Assembly: GCA_024693345.1 (NCBI GenBank)
Contig: JAILLB010000012.1
Location: 1 to 53,373, forward strand
Origin: Clostridiales bacterium
GTDB taxonomy: Bacteria; Bacillota; Clostridia; Oscillospirales; CAG-272
Direction of reading: 5' to 3'
DNA: 53,373 nucleotides
Within the stretch, counting starts at the first letter, position 1; every line of letters starts with the position of its first letter. The notes below the pieces were generated by a model. That model searched no databases. It was not told where the DNA came from and saw only the letters and a program-made list of their open reading frames with translations. The translations under genes were made by a program, and so were the position numbers. Shown one piece after another: positions 29,096 through 38,810 of the stretch.

Positions 29096-30304
29096 TTACT
29101 CCGAATAGAGCTTAATAATATTGATGATTATATCGACTACTTTGTCCATTCTCTCAGCTGATGCAAGTTCGTATTCACCATGGAAATTGAATCCGCCTGT
29201 TCCGAGATTCGGACAAGGAAGTCCGTCCCAGCTCAGTCTTGCCCCGTCGGTTCCACCTCTGACGGGCTTTTCTATTGGTTCAAGACCAACAGCTCTTGTT
29301 GCCTTTCTGGCATTTTCAATGAGATGGAAATGAGGCTTGACCATTTCAATCATGTTTCTGTAGGAATCACGAATCTTGACGGTAGCTGTTCCCTCTCCAT
29401 ATTTCTTGTTGATGATGTCAGCGGCCTTCTGCATCATTTCTTTTTTCTCTGTCAGCTTATCCCAGTCATGGTCTCTGAGTATATATGAAATGTCTGCAGT
29501 AGCGGTCTCTCCGCTTATGTGTGATACGTGATAAAATCCTTCTCTGCCTTCGGTGTTTTCCGGGCGTTCATTTTTCGGAATCAATGAGTCATATTCCATT
29601 GCAACGTTTGATGCATTTACCAAAACCCCTTTTGCTGCACCTGGGTGAACACTGAAACCTTCAATATGGATTGATGCTGACGCAGCATTGAAGTTTTCGT
29701 ACTCTATGCCACCCGCATCATCGCCGTCAACTGTATAAGCAAAATCCGCACCGAATTTCTTTATGTCAAAGAAATCTGCTCCCTGACCAATTTCTTCATC
29801 AGGTGTAAAACCTATACATATCCTGCCGTGAGGAATGTCTGAATTGACTATTCTCTCGGCCATTGTCATAATTTCGGCGACTCCCGCCTTGTTATCCGCA
29901 CCGAGAAGCGTTGTTCCGTCAGCAGTTATAATGGTCTCTCCGACCATTTTCTTAAGGAAAGGAAAAACTTCCGGATCAATTGTTCTGCCCTTGAGAACAA
30001 TCGGTTTTCCGTCGTAGTTTTCATGGACTATGGGTTTAACATCTTTGCCCGATGCTTCTTCGACAGTATCTACATGTGCAATGAATCCAATTGAAGTTTT
30101 GTCTTCATATCCCTTTGTTGCGGGAATGACAGCATATACATAGCACTTGTCGTCAACTTCAGCTTTGATGCCCATATCTTGAAGTTCTTTAACCAGAATT
30201 CTGGCAAGATCAAATTCTCTGTCTGCACTCGGGTGTTTTCCGCTCGAACCATCGCTGGTGGTCCACACTTTTACGTATTTAAGTAATCTTTCGTATGCTC
30301 TCAT
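29096..30304 (-). CDS. pepT: Peptidase T (M20B tripeptide aminopeptidase)
   Basis: FIAHVDT, TLLGADNKAG, FTPDEEIG, ENFNAA, HPG.AKG, RGGTDGA, NFHG. Confidence 0.95.
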   Translation of the reverse strand: MRAYERLLKYVKVWTTSDGSSGKHPSADREFDLARILVKELQDMGIKAEVDDKCYVYAVIPATKGYEDKTSIGFIAHVDTVEEASGKDVKPIVHENYDGKPIVLKGRTIDPEVFPFLKKMVGETIITADGTTLLGADNKAGVAEIMTMAERIVNSDIPHGRICIGFTPDEEIGQGADFFDIKKFGADFAYTVDGDDAGGIEYENFNAASASIHIEGFSVHPGAAKGVLVNASNVAMEYDSLIPKNERPENTEGREGFYHVSHISGETATADISYILRDHDWDKLTEKKEMMQKAADIINKKYGEGTATVKIRDSYRNMIEMVKPHFHLIENARKATRAVGLEPIEKPVRGGTDGARLSWDGLPCPNLGTGGFNFHGEYELASAERMDKVVDIIINIIKLYSE

Positions 30305-30308
30305 GAGT

Positions 30309-31607
30309 TCACCTGTCTTTCAGGAATACTTCTATAACCGGAACAACAACATTCGGTTTCAGAATCGGAAGTCCGATTGATACTGCCGTTTTTGCTTCGT
30401 CGCCGGAATTAGCAGGCACATCATTGAACAAGAGTTCGCTTCCGTCGTGAAGGAATTGTACATAATCCACTTTGCCTCCAAGTCCCGGTACTACAACGCT
30501 GCTGAAAGGATAATCCAAAAGATGAATATACAATCTCTTTCCGTCGTTGCTCTGGGTCAGTCTGCAGCCGTTTGGTTCGGTAAATTCCGGATCGGCCATT
30601 GTGCAATTGTATATTGATTTGCAATTGTACTTCATCCATTCTCCGTATGTCTTCAGTGCATTTTCAGCTCTGTAATCAAAGAATCCTCTTGATGTAGGCC
30701 CTACGTTCATAATGAGGTTGCCGCCCCTTGAAACAATCTTAATCAAAAGGCTTATGAGCATTTCCGGAGATTTCCACGATGTTTCATCCCTGTAATATCC
30801 CCATGATCCGGACAATGTGTGACATGCTTCCCATACAAGTCTTTCACCTGTCTCTTTGTCTTTTGGCCACTCTTCCACACCGACCTGTTCCGGTGTTACT
30901 ATGTCCTGCTCTATTTCTGTTCTATTGTTGATTATGATGTCAGGCTGAAGAGATCTTACAAGAGCAATGAGCTTTTCGGCTTCCCAGTCCTCTTTTCCTT
31001 TTCCCTTCATCCAGTCTCTCGGTTGTTCGTTCTTTGAATATGAAAAGTCGAACCAGATTATGTCTATCTTCCCGTAGTTTGTGAGAAGTTCCCTCACCTG
31101 GTTTCTCATGTACTCGGCATATCTGTGCATGTCTCTGCCTTCGTTCAGTTCTTTTGCATTGGCATCATATCTTCTCGGATGGAACTGATCAATAGTGAAA
31201 TCCGGGTGATGCCAGTCAAGCAATGAATAGTAGAAACCGATCTTCAATCCTTCTGCTCTGAACGCATCAACATATTCTTTTACAAGATCCTTGCCGTACT
31301 GTGTATTTGTAATTTTGTAATCCGTATATTTTGTGTCAAAAAGACAGAAACCTTCATGGTGCTTTGTCGTAAGAATGGCATATTTCATGCCTGCGTTTTT
31401 TGCCTGTCTTGCCCAGTCTCTCGGGTCGAGCATATCCGGATTGAAATACTTAAAATATTGCTCGTATTTCTCTTCGGGTATCATATCTGTCTGCTTAATC
31501 CACTCATGTCTGGCCGGCAAAGCATACAAACCGAAGTGAATAAACAGTCCGAATCTGTCCTGAACGAACCACTCAGTGTTCCCCTGTGTCTTTTTTGTTG
31601 TATACAT
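30309..31607 (-). CDS. Alpha-L-fucosidase (GH29), no signal peptide
   Basis: RFGLFIHFG, TTKHHEGF, YYSLLDWH, IWFD, NVGP motifs. Start at ATG 31607. Confidence 0.9.
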   Translation of the reverse strand: MYTTKKTQGNTEWFVQDRFGLFIHFGLYALPARHEWIKQTDMIPEEKYEQYFKYFNPDMLDPRDWARQAKNAGMKYAILTTKHHEGFCLFDTKYTDYKITNTQYGKDLVKEYVDAFRAEGLKIGFYYSLLDWHHPDFTIDQFHPRRYDANAKELNEGRDMHRYAEYMRNQVRELLTNYGKIDIIWFDFSYSKNEQPRDWMKGKGKEDWEAEKLIALVRSLQPDIIINNRTEIEQDIVTPEQVGVEEWPKDKETGERLVWEACHTLSGSWGYYRDETSWKSPEMLISLLIKIVSRGGNLIMNVGPTSRGFFDYRAENALKTYGEWMKYNCKSIYNCTMADPEFTEPNGCRLTQSNDGKRLYIHLLDYPFSSVVVPGLGGKVDYVQFLHDGSELLFNDVPANSGDEAKTAVSIGLPILKPNVVVPVIEVFLKDR

Positions 31608-31756
31608 CGATTTAATCCCCCTAGTATTTCTATGACTAAATTGTACCAATTTGCGGGCGATTATTCAATCTATGATGAAAAAATATATATTTTTGTGTAC
31701 ATCAATTCTCACGTTTGGTATAATTTGAGTATACCAGAAAAGGAAGGCAAAATAGT

Positions 31757-32746
31757 ATGGATTACAATTCAAATCATCGTCCGGATTCCATGGAACGCAT
31801 TACAACTACCGAATCCGCAAACAAGTTTGTTGAAGAACAAGTAAAAGCAATGAAAGAAATGATAGGAGACAAAAAGGTTCTTTTGGCTCTGTCAGGAGGA
31901 GTGGATTCTTCAGTAGTTGCTGCACTGTTGATAAAAGCAATTGGACGCAACCTTGTGTGTGTTCACGTTAACCACGGCCTTTTGAGAAAAGGTGAATCCG
32001 AACAGGTTATCAAGGTTTTCAGAGATGAAATGAATGCAAATCTCATCTATGTAGATGCGGTAGACAGATTTTTAGATAAGCTGGCAGGTGTTTCAGAACC
32101 GGAGACAAAGAGAAAAATAATAGGCGAAGAATTTATCAAAGTATTCCAGGAAGAAGCTCAGAAACTCAATGGTATTTCGTTCCTCGCTCAGGGAACAATT
32201 TATCCCGACATTCTCGAATCCGAAGCAGGCGTAAAGGCTCATCACAATGTTGGCGGCCTTCCGAAAGATCTGAACTTTGAGCTTGTAGAGCCCGTAAAAC
32301 TCCTGTTCAAAGACGAAGTAAGAGTTGTAGGAAAAGCACTCGGCCTTCCTGACAACATGGTTTACAGACAACCCTTCCCCGGTCCCGGACTTGGTGTAAG
32401 ATGCACAGGTGCTATCACAAGAGACAGACTTGAAGCTGTAAGAGAATCCGATGCGATTCTGCGCGAAGAATTTGAAAAAGCAGGTCTCTTCCACAAAGTA
32501 TGGCAGTACTTTACAATAGTTCCGGATTACAAAACCGTCGGAGTTATTGACGGAAAGAGATCATTTGAATGGTTTGTTGTCATTAGAGCTGTTAACACAA
32601 AAGATGCAATGACTGCAACAATTGAAAGAATAGATTACGATCTGCTTGAGAGAATAACATACAGAATCACCCATGAAGTTAAACACGTAAACAGAGTTCT
32701 GTTTGACATTACTCCAAAACCAACCGGAACAATCGAGTGGGAATAA
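31757..32746 (+). CDS. GMP synthase ATP-pyrophosphatase and C-terminal domains only (no glutaminase domain)
   Basis: LSGGVDSSV, HGLLRKGE, KRKIIG, QGTIYPDILES, HHNV, RQPFPGPGLGVR, DITPKPTGTIEWE. At 329 aa it has no GATase region. Confidence 0.9.
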   Translation: MDYNSNHRPDSMERITTTESANKFVEEQVKAMKEMIGDKKVLLALSGGVDSSVVAALLIKAIGRNLVCVHVNHGLLRKGESEQVIKVFRDEMNANLIYVDAVDRFLDKLAGVSEPETKRKIIGEEFIKVFQEEAQKLNGISFLAQGTIYPDILESEAGVKAHHNVGGLPKDLNFELVEPVKLLFKDEVRVVGKALGLPDNMVYRQPFPGPGLGVRCTGAITRDRLEAVRESDAILREEFEKAGLFHKVWQYFTIVPDYKTVGVIDGKRSFEWFVVIRAVNTKDAMTATIERIDYDLLERITYRITHEVKHVNRVLFDITPKPTGTIEWE

Positions 32747-32759
32747 TAATGGCATAAGT

Positions 32760-32784
32760 AATGGCTCCGAAACCGGAGCCATTT
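32760..32784. terminator. Stem-loop between convergent genes
   Basis: AATGGCTCCG-AAAC-CGGAGCCATT. Confidence 0.7.
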
Positions 32785-32803
32785 GCTATTCTTGGGTATT
32801 GCT

Positions 32804-34108
32804 TCATATTTCCTTTACACTTTTGCTGAAAAACATAATGATTGCTGTAATCGCAAATCCAACTGAGCATACAATCAAAAGAATCGTACTGCCAAATGAA
32901 TCCAAAACTGCACCTGCCAAAACTGATGCAATCGGTATCATTCCCTGCGAGCCTATACTTGTTATACTATTAACTTTACTGAGTTTATCTTTGTCGACAA
33001 TTTTCATAATTGTTGTGGAAACCGGAATGTTGATAAACATTATTACAAACCCCAGTAAAAGGCATCCGCCACAGACTACAATCAGGAATGCACTGATAGA
33101 TGCTCCGCGTTCAACCAATAGCCAGTAACTAAGTGTCAGTACAGCAAGAATAACTGCCATAATACAGATTTTCACAGAAGTTGCGTGGCCGCATTTTTCC
33201 TTTTGAGAACGAGCACTGAGAATCACAGCACCGACCAAAGAACTTATACCGATACAAACGCTGAACATTGATGACCAGAGTTCAGGTGTCAACACTGCAT
33301 CAAACAGATAAGATGGTGCATTTGTCAAATCGGTCTTTATGAAAAACGGAATGAAATTTCCGGTAATAGGTTCGAAAAAGAAATTAATGAACAATATAGC
33401 CAAAAGCAGAGCAAGAATCGGCTTTTTGGATTTCAGGTATACTAAACCGTCTCGCATGTCCATAACGGCCAGTTTGAGTGTCAAATGCTCTTCTGAAGGA
33501 ACAAAATTGTATCGGATAAACATCTCGGATACACCTGAAGCGATGTAGCATGCTCCCACAACAAAGAACAGTGTGGTTATTGGTAAAGCCGCGTAAAGAA
33601 TGCCTGCAAGTATTATTCCGAGTATTCCCTCAAGTGAACTCTTGATAGAAAAGAAGGCATTTGCCTGCTGAAGTTTATCTTCATGAACTATCTGGGGAAA
33701 TATGGCACCCGAAGCAGGAGTAAATATACCGCTCACTGCATTGCCCAGGATTCCTGTAGCAAACAAAATCACTATCTGTGCCGATTGATCTTTAAACAAC
33801 AGCAGCATAATGGTAGCAAGTATAATCAGACTGCCCTTAATGTAGTCACATATAAACATTATTTTTGCTTTGTTGAATCGGTCTCCTAATACTCCGCCTA
33901 ACGGGGTCAGCACCAATAGTGCCACCCCGCAAAGAGCAAGATATAATCCCTGAAGAAATGCGTTGTTGTCGCTTATTTCCAGTATATAGAAACTGACAGC
34001 AAAGCTATATAATATTGCTCCCAATTCCGACACAAGTGCACCGAGAAACACCAGTCTGAAATTCTTATTTAAAAATACATTTTTACTCTTTTGAACATCA
34101 TTGTCCAT
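32804..34108 (-). CDS. MFS transporter (DHA3/macrolide-efflux-like)
   Basis: NFRLVFLGALVSELG, GGVLGDRFNKAKIM, 12-TM pattern. Real start judged to be ATG 34108, overlapping the regulator stop. Confidence 0.85.
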   Translation of the reverse strand: MDNDVQKSKNVFLNKNFRLVFLGALVSELGAILYSFAVSFYILEISDNNAFLQGLYLALCGVALLVLTPLGGVLGDRFNKAKIMFICDYIKGSLIILATIMLLLFKDQSAQIVILFATGILGNAVSGIFTPASGAIFPQIVHEDKLQQANAFFSIKSSLEGILGIILAGILYAALPITTLFFVVGACYIASGVSEMFIRYNFVPSEEHLTLKLAVMDMRDGLVYLKSKKPILALLLAILFINFFFEPITGNFIPFFIKTDLTNAPSYLFDAVLTPELWSSMFSVCIGISSLVGAVILSARSQKEKCGHATSVKICIMAVILAVLTLSYWLLVERGASISAFLIVVCGGCLLLGFVIMFINIPVSTTIMKIVDKDKLSKVNSITSIGSQGMIPIASVLAGAVLDSFGSTILLIVCSVGFAITAIIMFFSKSVKEI

Positions 34109-35174
34109 TTTCACACAATTCCTTCCAACAATCCCTGATACTCTGACAATCTGCAATATTAAGTATCTGCTCAACACTGCCCAATGCAGATGATCCAAGA
34201 ATATCAAAAGACAATAACTGGTCCCCTTTGTCTGTGAACTTGAAAGTCTCCAAGCTGAAATCCGGTTTGGAATCAAATTCACGTGCAAGTTCATAAGCTT
34301 TTTTCAGCGATTCATTGGATTCATCAGTCAATCCCGACATCTTTTGAACAATTGCAAGAACGGATAATAGCTCAGCATGCATTTTTTCGAGATAATCCGG
34401 TTTTGACTCTGTTTTAATATCCTCTATTAGTCTAATACCCCACATTACTATTTCACGGGCAGAATCCCATTCTTTTCTTTTTAAGTACACAAATGCATAA
34501 GATATAACATTCTGAAATACCTCAGTAATGCTTGATGCCAGCGATTCTGCCAAATACGGCTCAGCCTCTTCGGGTCGGTTCATATATACCGCAAGAAATG
34601 CGCCTATATTACCATTGAATATGCCACCGCAATTGTTGTTTTTCATTAACTCAAGACTTTTTTCACGTTCATCAAGCAAAAACAAGATGCTTGCCATGCC
34701 TCCGCTTATAGTAATTTCACTTATATTGCGATCATCGCTTTGATTAAGAAGTAGTTTCGCTCTCTCATACAGTTCCAATGAACGCCTTAACTGACCCTTG
34801 TCATGATTTCCCGCTCCAAAGACTAAGTAGACCATCGCACATGAATGTACCACTTTTAATGAATTGGGATATTTTCCAAGTGCCTTTTCTGCCTCATCCA
34901 AAGCCATTGGATCAAAACTCTTACAATACTCTGACATTCTGCCCAAGACTGAGTCAATGCTGTTATTAATCATTGTGTATCCGAGTAAAACGTCCACGGA
35001 AGTATCAAAGAAATCGGCTATTTCGACTAACGTGTTCAATTCCGGAACAGATAGGCCAGATTCCCATTTATGAACTGCACCTACAGTAACTCCCAATGTC
35101 TCCGCCAATTGTTCCTGTGTCATATTCCTTTGCCTTCTGAATTTGCGAATAATATCTGAAAGATTTAGTTGCAT
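34098..35174 (-). CDS. XRE-family HTH transcriptional regulator with a large helical (TPR-like) C-terminal domain
   Basis: IRKFRRQRNMTQEQLAETLGVTVGAVHKWESG...IADFFDTSVDVLLG, followed by helical repeats. Start at ATG 35174 after AGGAGG. Confidence 0.85.
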   Translation of the reverse strand: MQLNLSDIIRKFRRQRNMTQEQLAETLGVTVGAVHKWESGLSVPELNTLVEIADFFDTSVDVLLGYTMINNSIDSVLGRMSEYCKSFDPMALDEAEKALGKYPNSLKVVHSCAMVYLVFGAGNHDKGQLRRSLELYERAKLLLNQSDDRNISEITISGGMASILFLLDEREKSLELMKNNNCGGIFNGNIGAFLAVYMNRPEEAEPYLAESLASSITEVFQNVISYAFVYLKRKEWDSAREIVMWGIRLIEDIKTESKPDYLEKMHAELLSVLAIVQKMSGLTDESNESLKKAYELAREFDSKPDFSLETFKFTDKGDQLLSFDILGSSALGSVEQILNIADCQSIRDCWKELCENGQ

Positions 35175-35204
35175 GCCACTTCCTCCTTGCTTTCTCTTGA
35201 CTCC

Positions 35205-35233
35205 ATTATATTCCACTTAAAACACCAAAGCAA
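35205..35233 (-). promoter_or_regulatory. Sigma-A promoter of the XRE regulator-MFS operon
   Basis: On the minus strand: TTGCTT-N17-TATAAT. Confidence 0.65.
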
Positions 35234-35352
35234 GACACCGCTAATACCATTGGGAAAATATTTTTTATACCAACGGTATATGTTTGTCCGAATTCCGACC
35301 ATGTTTTTTCTCACATAACAATTAAAAAACAGCAAAAAATGTAATTTTTTTA

Positions 35353-35381
35353 TTGTATTGCAGAAACTGGAATTGTATAAT
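35353..35381 (+). promoter_or_regulatory. Sigma-A promoter of pyrG
   Basis: TTGTAT(35353-35358)-N17-TATAAT(35376-35381). Confidence 0.6.
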
Positions 35382-35405
35382 AGTACCGTTAAAAAAATTG
35401 ACATC

Positions 35406-35446
35406 AGGCATTATTTCATTGGCACCCATAGAGTAATGCCTTTTTT
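35406..35446 (+). terminator. Leader (attenuator-like) terminator upstream of pyrG
   Basis: AGGCATTA...TAATGCCT stem followed by TTTTT. It lies between the promoter and the pyrG RBS, and the upstream gene is divergent. Confidence 0.65.
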
Positions 35447-35453
35447 CAGTTAA

Positions 35454-37088
<1,635 letters not shown>

Positions 37089-37200
37089 CGATTTGTCTAT
37101 AGCATTTTTTGTCGAAAAAGTTGTATACTATTAGGAGAATGCTGACAATACAATCATCGGACTGAGACTATATCGATTTGCAATCGGCCGAAAGCTGTTT

Positions 37201-37980
37201 ATGGAAGAAAAGAAGATTATATACTATGATGATGAACTGAATAATGAATTTTCATCAGCTCAGATTGTTGCAAAAAAAATCGGAGATGATTACGTATACA
37301 TTCATTCAGGCATCTTTAAGAAATTCACTCATTTCTTCTGGTACAGAGTTGTCGCAACGCCGATTGCATTTTTCTATCTGAAAATTAAGTTTCACCACAA
37401 GATCATTAACCGGAAAATCCTGAAGAAATTCAAAGACAAAGGGTATTTCATGTTCGGAAACCACACGCAGCCTACAGGCGATGCAGTTATTCCCTCCATG
37501 ATAACATTTTCAAAAGATGCTTATGTCATCGTTCACCCGAACAACGTTTCAATGCCATATCTCGGAAGAGTAACACCCTCAATGGGTGCTCTGCCGCTGC
37601 CTGACACTCTTAAGGCCACAATAAACTTTTCTAAAGCTATTGAGACAAGGGTAAAGGAAAACAAAGCCCTGGTCATTTATCCCGAAGCACACATCTGGCC
37701 TTACTATACGGGAATCAGACCTTTTAAGGATGATTCATTCTACTACCCTGTCAAGTATGACACCCCCGTGTTCTGCTTCACAAACACTTATCAGAAAAGA
37801 AAGCATGGTTCAAAGCCAAACCTGGTCACGTACGTAGATGGACCGTTTTACCGTGACAAGAGCAAGAGTATACAGGAACAAAGAAAACTGCTCAGGGATC
37901 AAGTGTATGAATGCATGACAGAGAGAAGCAAATTGTCCAATGTAAATGTCATAGAATACAGAAAGAAGGAGACATTGTGA
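37201..37980 (+). CDS. Lysophospholipid acyltransferase (PlsC-like) family protein
   Basis: GNHTQPTGD (HX5D variant) and IYPEAHIWPYY..IRPFK motifs. Confidence 0.75.
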   Translation: MEEKKIIYYDDELNNEFSSAQIVAKKIGDDYVYIHSGIFKKFTHFFWYRVVATPIAFFYLKIKFHHKIINRKILKKFKDKGYFMFGNHTQPTGDAVIPSMITFSKDAYVIVHPNNVSMPYLGRVTPSMGALPLPDTLKATINFSKAIETRVKENKALVIYPEAHIWPYYTGIRPFKDDSFYYPVKYDTPVFCFTNTYQKRKHGSKPNLVTYVDGPFYRDKSKSIQEQRKLLRDQVYECMTERSKLSNVNVIEYRKKETL

Positions 37981-38810
37981 TCAACATATTATTTGCCGGT
38001 AACAAAGGTGTTTTTGATGGAATACTCACATGTGCTCTTTCCATTCTGAAGAGGAGCAAATTGGATGAGCCGCTAAGGATTTTCATTCTCACAATGGATG
38101 TTTCCCATCTAAAAGACTCATATGTACCGATTGATGACAAACAGGTATCTTTCCTTAACGATGTCGTCAAGGAATACAACCCGGAGAATTCCGTAATAAA
38201 GATTGACGTAACTGACTACTATATGCAGGATTTTTCCGGATGTCCCAATGAAGGAGCATACTGCTCACCATATACCCTGATACGTCTTTTTGCAGATAAA
38301 ATCAGCATATTACCCGACAAACTCCTGTATTTGGATGCGGATATAATGTTCAACAGAGACATCAGACTTTTATATGACATTGATGTATCCCAAGTCGAAT
38401 ATGCGGCAGGAAGAGATCACTACGGGAAATATCTCATTCAGCCCAACTACATTAATGCCGGTGTCTTGCTTTTCAATCTCAAATACATGAGAGAGACAGG
38501 CATATTTGAAAAAGCACGTGAGTGGATTAAGACCAAAAAGCTCGTCTTTGCAGATCAGAGCGCATTGATCAGATCCACGACAAAAAAGAAGGTTTTACCT
38601 CAGAGATTCAACGACCAGAAATTCTTACACAAACACACTGTTGTCAGACATTTTTCAAAGAGGTTGTTCTGGCTTCCCTATCCACACACAGACAATATAA
38701 AGCAGTGGCACGTGAGCAAGGTTCACAAAGTATTCCACTACTATGTCTTCGATGACATTCTTTATGAATACATCTACCTCAGGGAAAAGTTCAACAGGGA
38801 GAGTAATTAA
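37977..38810 (+). CDS. Glycosyltransferase family 8 protein
   Basis: YLDAD (DXD), INAGVLL, DQ, RHF. GTG start at 37977 overlaps the previous TGA, with an AAGGAG RBS. Confidence 0.85.
   Translation: MINILFAGNKGVFDGILTCALSILKRSKLDEPLRIFILTMDVSHLKDSYVPIDDKQVSFLNDVVKEYNPENSVIKIDVTDYYMQDFSGCPNEGAYCSPYTLIRLFADKISILPDKLLYLDADIMFNRDIRLLYDIDVSQVEYAAGRDHYGKYLIQPNYINAGVLLFNLKYMRETGIFEKAREWIKTKKLVFADQSALIRSTTKKKVLPQRFNDQKFLHKHTVVRHFSKRLFWLPYPHTDNIKQWHVSKVHKVFHYYVFDDILYEYIYLREKFNRESN

Noticed and set aside
31690-31756. Purine riboswitch upstream of the GMP-synthase-like gene
   Set aside because: The leader is too short and lacks the conserved core; the TATAAT is better explained as the -10 box.
34109-34294. 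62-codon N-terminal extension of the MFS ORF
   Set aside because: It overlaps the XRE regulator CDS in another frame; ATG 34108 gives a normal MFS length and translational coupling.
35280-35324. Candidate signalling peptide MFVRIPTMFFLTYN for the XRE-TPR regulator
   Set aside because: No RBS or promoter, and no basic N-terminus or signal-like features.
35398-35426. TTGACA as a second pyrG promoter
   Set aside because: No -10 hexamer at 16-18 bp spacing.
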